The position numbers and the translations under genes were made by a program. Source: Phoronis australis (lineage: Eukaryota; Animalia; Phoronida). Taken from it: DNA of 64,000 bases. The notes under the pieces were generated by a model that worked only from the letters and a program-made list of their open reading frames with translations, was not told the origin of the DNA and searched no databases. Each line of letters begins with the position of its first letter. The first letter of the stretch is position 1. The stretch lies in NCBI GenBank assembly GCA_002633005.1, contig NMRA01000295.1:147124-211123 (forward strand). The letters run 5' to 3'. This document shows, one piece after another, positions 34,700-46,600 of this stretch.

Positions 34700-37600
34700 G
34701 TATGTTTTAAATACGTTGCATCTACAGAGGAAATCGGAAGGTTTTCTTTGTCGAGGTTTGTTGTGAAGTGGCTGTCCAGTCCAAGGGCCAGGTACACAAA
34801 TCGTCACCTTTTCAATGTTTCCACCTTATTTTGTACTTCCATATAATTTCTGTAGTATTTCTGCAAAAGCTTACCCAATGTAAACATATTTTGTCTTTTA
34901 AATGGTGTCACCCTAGGAAAAAAAAACGATTAAGAGGGTAACATTTTATAAGCGACAGTGATCGGCACTGCTCGGATAGCGGTCTAAATTGGGGACTGCT
35001 GTATCCGACGAGTGCCCAAAAACAAATACAACAAGTTTAAAAACATATACATAGGGGACATCACTTTAGAGATCGGTTAAACCGGCTAAGGCCGGTAGGG
35101 GTAATTGTTTATAATAAAGCGACATGACGCATATGATTTTGGTATCGTTCCATTCCTCGCATCGTTATCATCATTCCAAAAATACACAAAAATTTCTCTT
35201 ATCCCATTCCCTTAGCATTTTATCATCAAATTTCTGCTCGCACTATTTCCCGGTCAGCGTCAGTGATATCGCGAAATGTTGGATGGATGAATCGTCATCT
35301 GGCGACCAAAATTTGAACTAATCTACTGACACCCATGTTCTGCAGAGCGCATCTAGCTTCACTCTTCATTAGTTCAAATTGACTGAGGTCAATGTCGTCA
35401 TATTGTAAACAATTACCTGGCTAGATCGTTCACGTGAATTTCAAGGACCTGAACTAATATTATCTGTCCCTTATGCCTCCTGCATTTTAGTAATAAGGGA
35501 ATGGTCATTGAAACGATGGAGAACATCTTGGACTAGTAGTAGTAATAATAATCTTTATTTAAAAGTTGGTGAGATTTAACAATGAAACGTTAGCACAAGT
35601 GCTATTATCCGAAAAATTTAAAATCTACAAAATGAAGATACAGAACTAAAATACTAGCTAATTCTACAGTACGGAGAATATACAGAACATAAATATAAAT
35701 ACAAAGTACACATACATGTTACGGAGCATGTAGGCATCCATATCAGTTTTCACAAGAGCAGATATCGGAGAAAATATCATGAGCAAGAGTGGCAAATTCC
35801 TTTAAGGCAGTACATTGTCTCATTACTGATGGCAATGAGTTCCACAGCAAAGTACCTTTATGGGAGATTGAGTTACATCCGTAAGTCATCGTATCAAAGC
35901 GTTTCACATAGAGACAGTTCTCACCTCTGAGACCGTATCCAGACTCTCGAAATTCAAGCTTTCCTGACAAAGGACAGAGTCCAATAATATGAACATTTTT
36001 GAATACTTCAATAGATAAACATTTCATCCGCCAACTAGTTAGAGAGCAGCTACTAGCCTTATCTAAGAGTTGTGAGTAGCTGGACTCGCTGTCATTGAAC
36101 ACAAATTTTAAAGCACGGTGTTGTATCTTTTCCATTTTCCTACTTTTCTGTATTCCACATAGGTGCCAAATGAGGGGGCAGTGATTAAAATAGGATCTTA
36201 TAAATGCATAATGCATATTTTTGTTTCACAGATGGGACGGCATGAGTGAACTTTCGGATGGATTCAAGTACCGGTATACCTCCCAGTGGCAATTTTAGTT
36301 TTTTACGTTTACCTCTGTATCTTCAAAGGTCCTTAACGGGTTTTTATAAAATTTTGGAAATAGGTATCGATTAGTGAGATGACACTACCTTTATGTTTTC
36401 GGATGGATTTGCGGTATTTTGCGCCACCTAGCAGGGATATACCTAGGCCTCAAAACCCGGCTTGCCGGGCAGCAGCCCGAAAATCAAATGCTCAGCCCAA
36501 AGTTAAGTTGCCCACTTCGTCACGGTCACAACAGATAAACTCCCAAATTCAGGAACCGCCAGAAAGACGACAAAATTAACCATGTCCAAAATTCTGTAAT
36601 TAATGTGGTACGAAACAAGCTACGTATGTTTCAATATGCCTTTTACACTCTTTACATGTCACCAGTCAGAAACATTACCGAATTTGGTACCACGATTAAA
36701 AAAACTCCAAACATTCATGTTAGCAGGTTGAGTTAAATCACCCTTGGAGGGACGGAATAAATTTTGCAGCTGCGTAGATCTGTCACGATAATCGCTATCG
36801 ATTGTTCCACTCACGGCAAACTAAAACTCCTGATAAAACATTTCAAAATAGCAATGTTTTTACTAATTCTTAAATGGTCAACCTACCAAACTGTGTTGGA
36901 AAAAACATTTTTCATGTACCGGTAAGATATCCCTGATAGTATCTCACTGCGGAACTGATCGTTCCTGGTGTTAGCACGCTATATTCCAGCAGACGATATG
37001 ACTTGGAAATGTCGTCAAGTATGAGCCCGTTGATAATATTGTTCAGAATTGACGACATTGACTTGCACACATGATTTTGGTAGTGTCGATTCAACTGTTC
37101 CTCAGAAAAGGTTATTGAATGCCAATCTTATTGAGGGTAAATGTGAGCGACATGTTAATTCTCACCAGCAGATGGTGCTGTTTCTGTTGATGCTTTGATG
37201 GGACATCAGGAATTGAATGTTCAAAAACTAGTCAGAGATGCACATAATAATTAGAGTACTATACCATTACATACAATATTTACTAAATGGGACTAGTGGT
37301 ATGTAAACAATTCATACAGTTTTTACCCAAAATACTTCGAGTTAGTTTGACAGCCCTTTAAGGCAGTTTCAGTCGTCAATGAGGAATGAAAAGTTTTGGT
37401 GTTAGTGTGTTAAACAGGCTTAGTCTGGTTTGGTCATTAATAATATGTGACTCTACTAACTCAGTTAACTTGTGAATCTGTTCCGTCTGGTGTTAGTGAT
37501 ACAGTTCCTTTCTCCAGGGCTACATCCCCCGCCAGGCTGTCTATGCCTGTGCCAGCTGCGTGTTACCCATGATGGAACCAGCAGGTGTCTGTCTAGCATG

Positions 37601-40600
37601 TAGTCTTACCTGCCATGATGGCCATGAACTCTATGAACTCTACACAAAGAGGTAAGTATGTTGGATTGGATTGCTTGTAAGTTTTGATACTTTTGTTAAA
37701 GAAACCCGAAAAGTGGTATAAATAAGCTGTTGGTGTTACATTGCCGAATAGGCTGTATTGGGGTAGCGCTCTGATGTCTGAAAGATCCCAAGGTGTGGGC
37801 AGCCACAGATCATTCGTCGACACTCCTCCAATTTGGGGAGTCGTAGGTTGATAAAAATATTTGTGAACATGTCTTTGTCATACTGTATGATACAGTCGAA
37901 TCGTGTTGCAACGAAGCCTGTTTATAATGTTCACTCACTTTTAACGTTCCAAAATACTTTTTCCACGCTTCATTTTTAACGAACATGGATACAACGTCCG
38001 CATGTACCAGTTTTGTTGTCTCATTGGGTAACTTCACCAACTTAATAGCACCAGTTTTGATGTTTCATCGGGTAACTTCACCAACTTAACAGCACCAGTT
38101 TTGATGTCTCCTCGGGTAACTTCACCAACTTAACAGCACCAGTTTTAATGTCTCATTGGGTAACTTCACCAACTTTACAGCACCAGTTTTCATGTCTCAT
38201 CGGGTAACTTCACCAACTTTACAGCACCAGTTTTCATGTCTCATTGGGTAACTTCACCAACTTTACAGCACCAGTTTTGATGTCTCATTGGGTAGCTTCA
38301 CCAACTTTACAGCACTAGCTTTGATGTTGCATTGGGTAACTTCACCAACTTTACAGCACCAGTTTTGATGTCTCATCGGGTAACTTCACCAACTTTACAG
38401 CACCAGTTTTAATGTGTCATCGGGTAACTTCACCAACTTTACAGCACCAGTTTTGGTGTCTCATAAAGGTAACTTCACCAACTTCACGGCACCAGTTTAG
38501 ATGTCTCATCGGGTATCTTCACCAACTTTACAGGACACCAGCTCGCGCCGAAAATCACCCTGTTTTATTTTTCAAGGTCTTAACAATGTTGCAGATGCCT
38601 GCAACCTTGCAAGTTATTGACTGATCGTAGCTATTTTAACATGGTAAAGCATTGTTTTTTGTTTTGGTTATTACAAATAGCAAAAAAAAAATAAAATTTC
38701 ATCTTTCTGCCAAATTGAGCCCTATATTAATATACTTATTATCAGTTACTTAAAACAATTCAGAGTGTTTGTTTCTATATTATTTTGTAGGAATTTCAGA
38801 TGTGATTGTGGAAACTCCAAATTTCCAGATACTCCTTGTAAGCTGTCAGCTGTAAGTGCTTTGCTGATGTAGTTTTAAAGTATTCACCCAAACTGCACAG
38901 ATGAGTTATTAGAAGTAAACCCAGCACATTTGTTGTTGTCTCCATTGTGTATTTACAAAGTATACGTCCAACGTTTGAATGAAGTTCAATTCACCATCTA
39001 AGATCAACTAAACCAAAACTCACTTGTAAACAGTCACATGCGAGGATGGTGAATTGAACTTTAAAACGTTGGACATATATGTTTGTAAATACACAATGCT
39101 GACAACAATTGTGCTGGGTTTTCTACTACTAATTTGGCCCAAAACCAACATCGTCAATAGGGTAGTTATTGCCACTCAACTCACTTATACCATACGCACA
39201 AAGTACTGCATAAGTGCACATATTTTCTCATTGATGTATATGTCTGTGTTTTGCAAATGTCTTGTCGCGTTCCAGGATTAAATCTCATACAAATAATGCT
39301 CAGATATAATGCTCAGATATAATGCTTTCTAGTGCTTTATTATTGTACATTGTATTTTTCATAATAAACAAAAAGAAAAAAGAAAAATAATGCCCATAGC
39401 CTTTGTCAACTTGAGCTTTCTTCTAAGTTTTGAAACTGCTACAGTTTGCTTAATAGGCATGGGTTAGACAACATTTGAGGTCAAGAAATTTCAGTAATTG
39501 GGAAGACAAAGGAGCTGCTTTCTGACACATTTTAATGTCATTAAAAACACTTGTTTTAGCTCACTACTGTCTATCTCTTGGCTAGAGTACTGGCTGTGCA
39601 ATGAAGGTCACTACTGTCTATCTCTTGGCCAGAGTACTGGCTGTGCAATGAAGGTCACTACTGTCTATCTCTTGGCTAGAGTACTGGCTGTGCAATGAAG
39701 GTCACTACTGTCTATCTCTTGGCCAGAGTACTGGCTGTGCAATGAAGGTCACTACTGTCTATCTCTTGGCTAGAGTACTGGCTGTGCAATGAAGGTCACT
39801 ACTGTCTATCTCTTGGCTAGAGTACTGGCTGTGCAATGAAGGTCACTACTGTCTATCTCTTGGCCAGAGTACTGGCTGTGCAATGAAGGTCACTAGCGTC
39901 TATCTCTTGGCCAGAGTACTGGCTGTGCAATGAAGCTCACTACTGACTGTTTCTCTTGGTCAGAGTGCTGGCTGTGCAATACAAGATGACAAAGCCAGTC
40001 TGAGTTGAAATTATTAGGAACAGCCTTTAAAATAATGATGAATGCTTTTTTGGTTGGCAAGTACGTCTTCATATGACGATATGTTTTTTGGACTGATAGA
40101 AGCATAACTGGCATTTTATTGAGAATTTTGAGCTGTGTTTTCATTGATTATGTGATTTCCCAGATGCAGGAGTATTTTATATTCTTTACCTGTGTTGCAG
40201 ATCTTGTAGAATATACTGCGTACACATTCAGTGTACTCAAGTACCCAAACTCAAGTTTTTTTTAGTTCACAAGGTATTGGTTGACAGTTTTTATCAATAT
40301 TGAACAATTATTTTGTCACAGTGGTTCATCTGAAAGTGTTTCTCAATTAGTATTTTCCTGCTGATTGCTTCACTCGTCTTTGTTTGTCTATACTCATTGG
40401 TGTACGGTTAGTTTGGTATCTCACCATTTCAGTTGAGCCAGAGAGTTACTACACTCAAAACAAGAGACATGATGATCACATGGTTTATTTTCTTCCCAGG
40501 ACAAGGGTGCCACAAATGCTAACAACTCCTACAACCAAAATTTCCGAGGTCTTTATTGTACGTGCTCAAGGCCTTATCCAGATCCTGAAGATGACGTAAG

Positions 40601-43600
40601 ACTGTTGAGTAGTTATGTTGAGTCAATGACACCCTGAACAACTGTTTCAATGCATAATATTGAGTAACACTTTCCATGCATCATGTTTGTTATCTAGATG
40701 CATCAGTGGTCACCTTTGCTTTTTCACATGAAGTACAATGACATTACCTTGGTTACTAGAAAATCTCCCAAGTGGCTGATAAATAGTTGCCAACTGTCTC
40801 ACTTTTGATGTGACTGTCCCACGTTTTTCTGTGTGCGGTTTCAGGATCAGAGTGTTCCAGTGTTTGACATACAGTACAATATTTACATACTCATACCATT
40901 GTGTTTATGACGTACGGTACAATATTTACATACTCATACCATTGTGTTTATAGCGTACGGTACAATATTTACATACTCATACCATTGTGTTTATGACGTA
41001 CGGTACAATATTTACATACTCATGCCATTGTGTTTATGTGTGGCTGCAAATGTTTGTGCATGTCTGCTCTATTTACCTACATTCCACTCGACAATTTCAC
41101 GGGCACGACTAAAAAAACGCTGTTGGTGTGTTGTTTCTGAGTGTTCCGCAGGATATTGTCCCCCTGCAGTGTCTTACTTCCAGATATCCCGCTTTCTCAT
41201 TTTGGCACATTGGCAACTTTGCTGAGGCACAAGAAAAAAAAATTGCGTTTAATTTGATAACTATATGCAATCTTGCTTGCGTTTAATTTGATAACTACAT
41301 GCAATCTTGCTTGCGTTTAATTGGATAACTATATGCAATCTGTGCAATTGCATGATAAAACTTAATGTTTACAATTTTGAACTGTGATAGTAATAATACT
41401 TAACTGGATCGGGTTTATCTTTGCTTCAGGTAGAAGATGAAATGATACAGTGTGTGATTTGTGAGGACTGGTTCCATGGCAGGGTAAGTTGATAGCTTGG
41501 CCTGAACCCTAATTCATTTGTATGCTGTGAAACTAATTTCTAGGGTTTGAGTTAGTTGCCTAGTATGTAAACCAAGTTGTCGGTGACCATGTGGTTAATT
41601 GATGTACATATGTGTGGTGTGTTGTGAAGATGCACAAGTCAGGGCAATAGTTTGATATAACATTCCCACATTTTGGAAACCAGTTTGATGTCCGTTGTTC
41701 AGAGAAGAAAATGGTTCTTAAAATGCGGGCACGTTATTTACGACGATTAAGGAAATCAGTCCAGACGCTTTTACTTAATTCAAACCTTGAATTTTACTTT
41801 TAATTAAAACTAAATATGGGTGTAGTGGTTTTGCTTTGATCATTGCAAGATAATTGTTCACAGAAAACGTCAATGGAATAGCTGTCTTTGGTTTGAGCCA
41901 GCCAAGTGTTGAATTTAAGAGCTGTGTGAAACTTTAAATTACAATACACATTTCACAGTTTATTCTTAAATTTCTTTTTATAAATGTCATTTGACAAAAT
42001 TTTAAAACTTGGCGCAGAAGGTTCCAGTGATCTCAACTCACTGTAGCAAGATTCACTGTTTAATTGACATGTTTTTCAACCTTGTCTTTTCCAGCATGTG
42101 GGTACGAGCCCCCCTCACAATTTCGAAGAAATGGTCTGCAAGGATTGTATGAAACATTGTGAATTCCTCTGGGCTTATGCAGTTGTACTTCCTGGTAATT
42201 ACCCACTATTTTTATGTGCCCATATACAAATGTGGATGCATTTTGTTGTCATGCTATTCAGGCGTCTCATCCATATCTCAAAAACCACGTGGTCAGATCT
42301 TGGCCCCAGGGTGAAGGGCATTGCCAGGGCAGTGCATGCCACTTTTCAATCTTCCCTTCCCACAAGGCCAGAGGGGCAGAGCTTTTCAGTGTTTTTTAGG
42401 GGAAGACCATTTCCAGATGATTTGTAGAGATTTGTTGTGTGGGTTTCAATGAAACTTAACACAGGGATATGTGATGGCGCTGCTCAGGTGGCACAATCAG
42501 GTTTTGCGGCAAATTCGACCTCTGTAGCACCCTGTAGTGGCCATTTGGGCTTTTTCAGTATTTTGGAGAGGATGAGCGTTTTCAGACTATACCTAGAGAA
42601 CTGATTGACGGATTTCATTGAAACTTTGACATAGAAGCATGTGTTGTCAACGCGCTGGATTTGACTATTGTAGCGCTCCCTACTGCGCATTCCATTTTGA
42701 TATGATGACAACTACTGGTTTTGAGCAGATTCCAACGAAGGCTGTGCTCGTTATGTCATTTTGTGTCTGTCTTTGTATTTGCCAAATCTCATGATTGTTC
42801 TTCACAAAACAAAGTAGACTTGACCTGCTTTTTGGATGCATAGTGCCGTGTCCCTTCGTGGCATGTTTTATTTCTTTTTTGCAATTTCTTTGTTGCGATT
42901 TCTTTGTTGCAAAAAGGTTGAAAACGTCATTTTTTAAACTTTTTAAAATTGATGTCACCCCCAAAGCATACTGTTTGAGATGCACTCTGGGCGTTGCCTT
43001 TGTTTTCTCGAATGTCCTTATTATATCCATCCAAATTTGGTCAAATTCAGAATAAATTTTCCTGATTTCTTTCAGTCCTACAGAATTATCATGTGTATGC
43101 AGCATTATGCACTGCTGTGTTTTGTGGTAATTTATCCTCTATTCTTCACTTCAGTGTGGGTTGTTATACCCATCCAAACTTATCAGTCTTGATATTTCCT
43201 TTCAGTCTGACTGAGAATTATCGTTTGTGTGTGGCCTCCTTAACACCATGTTCGTCATATCAAGTGACATGTTGTGACGAGCTCCTTAATACTATGTTTG
43301 TCATATAGAATAACATGTGACAATTAGATATGTTCGTCATATAGAATAACATGTGACAATTAGATATGTTCGTCATATAGAATAACATGTGACAATTAGA
43401 TATGTTCGTCATATAGAATAACATGTGACAATTAGATATGTTTGTCATATAGAATAACATGTGACAATTAGAAAACGGACAATTGCCGCACAAGTAAAGA
43501 AGTTCATGTTAACTCAACGTTTCGTCTTATTCAACAAGACATCATCAGGATATGTACAGTAGGACAACAAGTGTCGATATTCTTTCAAGTCACATCCATG

Positions 43601-46600
43601 TGAAGCAATGTTGTGTATAAGGTTGAATGTGACAACTGTAAGGAATTCTATATTGGACTCGCCCAGAGACGCCTCTGTGACAGGCTGAAAGAACACAACA
43701 CATCTGACAAAAGTAACATTTATAGTCATTGTATTAGCAACAACCACCAAGCTAATTCAGGCAGTATTATTTGTAAAGAACATGCTTAGGAATTACTGTA
43801 TATCAAGGAGTCATTGGCCATTCAGGATCAGCATGCTACTGATTCTCTCAATAACGTGTAGAGCTCAGTGACCCTGTAACTATGGTGATGACCCACTTAC
43901 TTTCTCTGTATCTCTCATTTCACCACATGGATGTGACTTGAAAGAATATCGACACTTGTTGTCCTACTGTACATATCCTGATGATGTCTTGTTGAATGAG
44001 ACAAAACGTTGAGTAAACATGAACTTCTTTATTTGTGCGGCAATTGTCCGTTTTCTAATCGTACTTTGGCCAAAATATGATGTGATTAACATGTGACCAG
44101 CTCCTTAACACCATGTTCGTCATATAGAGTGACATGTTATTGTGAGCTCCTTAATACCATGCTGGTTATATAGAGTGACATGTTACGAGCCTTCTTGTAG
44201 AGTCTGATCTTGACCAATAACAGACTATCAGTTCTTTTGAAACCCAGATATCACCTCCAATTTGACATTTGACAAAGGAAAATTTTGAGACCAAATTCAT
44301 AACACTAAGTTTTCGAAATCAAAAGTTTGTTAATGTGATGGAAGACTGGTTCATAGCCATTTTAATTTCTCAGAGTTAAGTTTGGGAGATGCTTCTGGTT
44401 TAGGTATGATCCTACATTTGCATGTTTTAAATATTCTTTTACAACTCGCTCTTTACTTTGTTCAATTTTAGACACCAAGTCCGATCCATTGTCAGACACA
44501 CCTAATTGCAGCTTTGTTGATGTAGAGTCCTGCACTCCAGTAAAAAACAATGGTCCAGCTATCATTTCTAATGGAAAAGAAGTTGCTGATGCTTCAAATT
44601 CAGCTGAAACAGAATGTGAAAGTTGTGTTGAGGCAGCAGAATGCTCTGATGATAAGGGATCTAATAAGGATAGTACTAGCTCTGCGCTAGTGGAAGAATC
44701 TCCAGTCAAACAGAATGGTAGTAATGCTAGTGAAGGGAGCTGTCTGTTGAAGGAGTTGCAGACAAGAAGTGTGACATATCGTGATTGTGGTGTTTACTGG
44801 TCTGATGGATGGAGGAGCAAGTTGTGTACCTGTAACACCTGTAAGGTAGGGGACGTCACTTTTCTGATAGTGTTACATGAAATGTCAGCTTTTCTCAGTT
44901 TTGAAGAATTATATACTGATACTGTGAATTTCTTTTCTGTTCAGCAAATGTATGCAGAGAAGAAAGTAGACTTCCTCCCAGATGAGTCGGACAGTGTGCA
45001 GTCTTATGAAGCCAAGGGCCGGGAGACGACATCCTCTCAGTATGACCAGGGCATGCAAGCTCTAGCTAGTATGAATCGGCTCCAACAAGTGGAGGTACTG
45101 CAAGGTATGTATAGATGACGTTGCATGATATCTGCTCTGGATTAGTCACCTGAAGTCTGGTGTTGTTAAAATCACAGAACCTATATGGAAGAAAACATTG
45201 AGGTTATTTTTTGTGCGCTCTCAAAAATGCTACAAATCTTTGATATGTCAAAAAGCAATGTTTTGACTTTTGGCTTTGACTTTTGGCTACTCTTGAAATT
45301 TGGCAGATAGTGTGCTTGGTGCTGTGTGCCTGATGCTGTTTGTGCCAGGTGCTGTGTGTGCCTGGTGCTGTGTGTGCCAGGTGCTGTGTGTGCCAGGTGC
45401 TGNNNNNNNNNNNNNNNNNNNNNNNNNNNNNNNNNNNNNNNNNNNNNNNNNNNNNNNNNNNNNNNNNNNNNNNNNNNNNNNNNNNNNNNNNNNNNNNNNN
45501 NNNNNNNNNNNNNNNNNNNNNNNNNNNNNNNNNNNNNNNNNNNNNNNNNNNNNNNNNNNNNNNNNNNNNNNNNNNNNNNNNNNNNNNNNNNNNNNNNNNN
45601 NNNNNNNNNNNNNNNNNNNNNNNNNNNNNNNNNNNNNNNNNNNNNNNNNNNNNNNNNNNNNNNNNNNNNNNNNNNNNNNNNNNNNNNNNNNNNNNNNNNN
45701 NNNNNNNNNNNNNNNNNNNNNNNNNNNNNNNNNNNNNNNNNNNNNNNNNNNNNNNNNNNNNNNNNNNNNNNNNNNNNNNNNNNNNNNNNNNNNNNNNNNN
45801 NNNNNNNNNNNNNNNNNNNNNNNNNNNNNNNNNNNNNNNNNNNNNNNNNNNNNNNNNNNNNNNNNNNNNNNNNNNNNNNNNNNNNNNNNNNNNNNNNNNN
45901 NNNNNNNNNNNNNNNNNNNNNNNNNNNNNNNNNNNNNNNNNNNNNNNNNNNNNNNNNNNNNNNNNNNNNNNNNNNNNNNNNNNNNNNNNNNNNNNNNNNN
46001 NNNNNNNNNNNNNNNNNNNNNNNNNNNNNNNNNNNNNNNNNNNNNNNNNNNNNNNNNNNNNNNNNNNNNNNNNNNNNNNNNNNNNNNNNNNNNNNNNNNN
46101 NNNNNNNNNNNNNNNNNNNNNNNNNNNNNNNNNNNNNNNNNNNNNNNNNNNNNNNNNNNNNNNNNNNNNNNNNNNNNNNNNNNNNNNNNNNNNNNNNNNN
46201 NNNNNNNNNNNNNNNNNNNNNNNNNNNNNNNNNNNNNNNNNNNNNNNNNNNNNNNNNNNNNNNNNNNNNNNNNNNNNNNNNNNNNNNNNNNNNNNNNNNN
46301 NNNNNNNNNNNNNCCTCTGGTGACAGTGATTGAGATAACATTTACCTCTGGTGACAGTGATTGAGATAACATTTACCTCTGGTGACAGTGATTGAGATAA
46401 CATTTACCTCTGGTGACAGTGATTGAGATAACATTTACCTCTGGTGACAGTGATTGAGATAACATTTACCTCTGGTGACAGTGATTGAGATAACATTTAC
46501 CTCTGGTGACAGTGATTGAGATAACATTTACCTCTGGTGACAGTGATTGAGATAACATTTACCTCTGGTGACAGTGATTGAGATAACATTTACCTCTGGT

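Noticed and set aside
36432-36935. Possible MITE with CAGGGATAT ends
   Set aside because: Only a 9-bp inverted repeat and no TSD, which is too little support.
38006-39980. Regular 44- and 47-bp arrays as possible CRISPR
   Set aside because: Head-to-tail units with no unique spacers, no cas genes, and located in eukaryotic introns.
42680-43105. 141-aa minus-strand ORF in UBR7 intron 6
   Set aside because: No domain signature, and it overlaps repeat-derived sequence.
45181-46403. Six 327-399 aa ORFs
   Set aside because: Artefacts of translating through the N-gap and flanking minisatellites.
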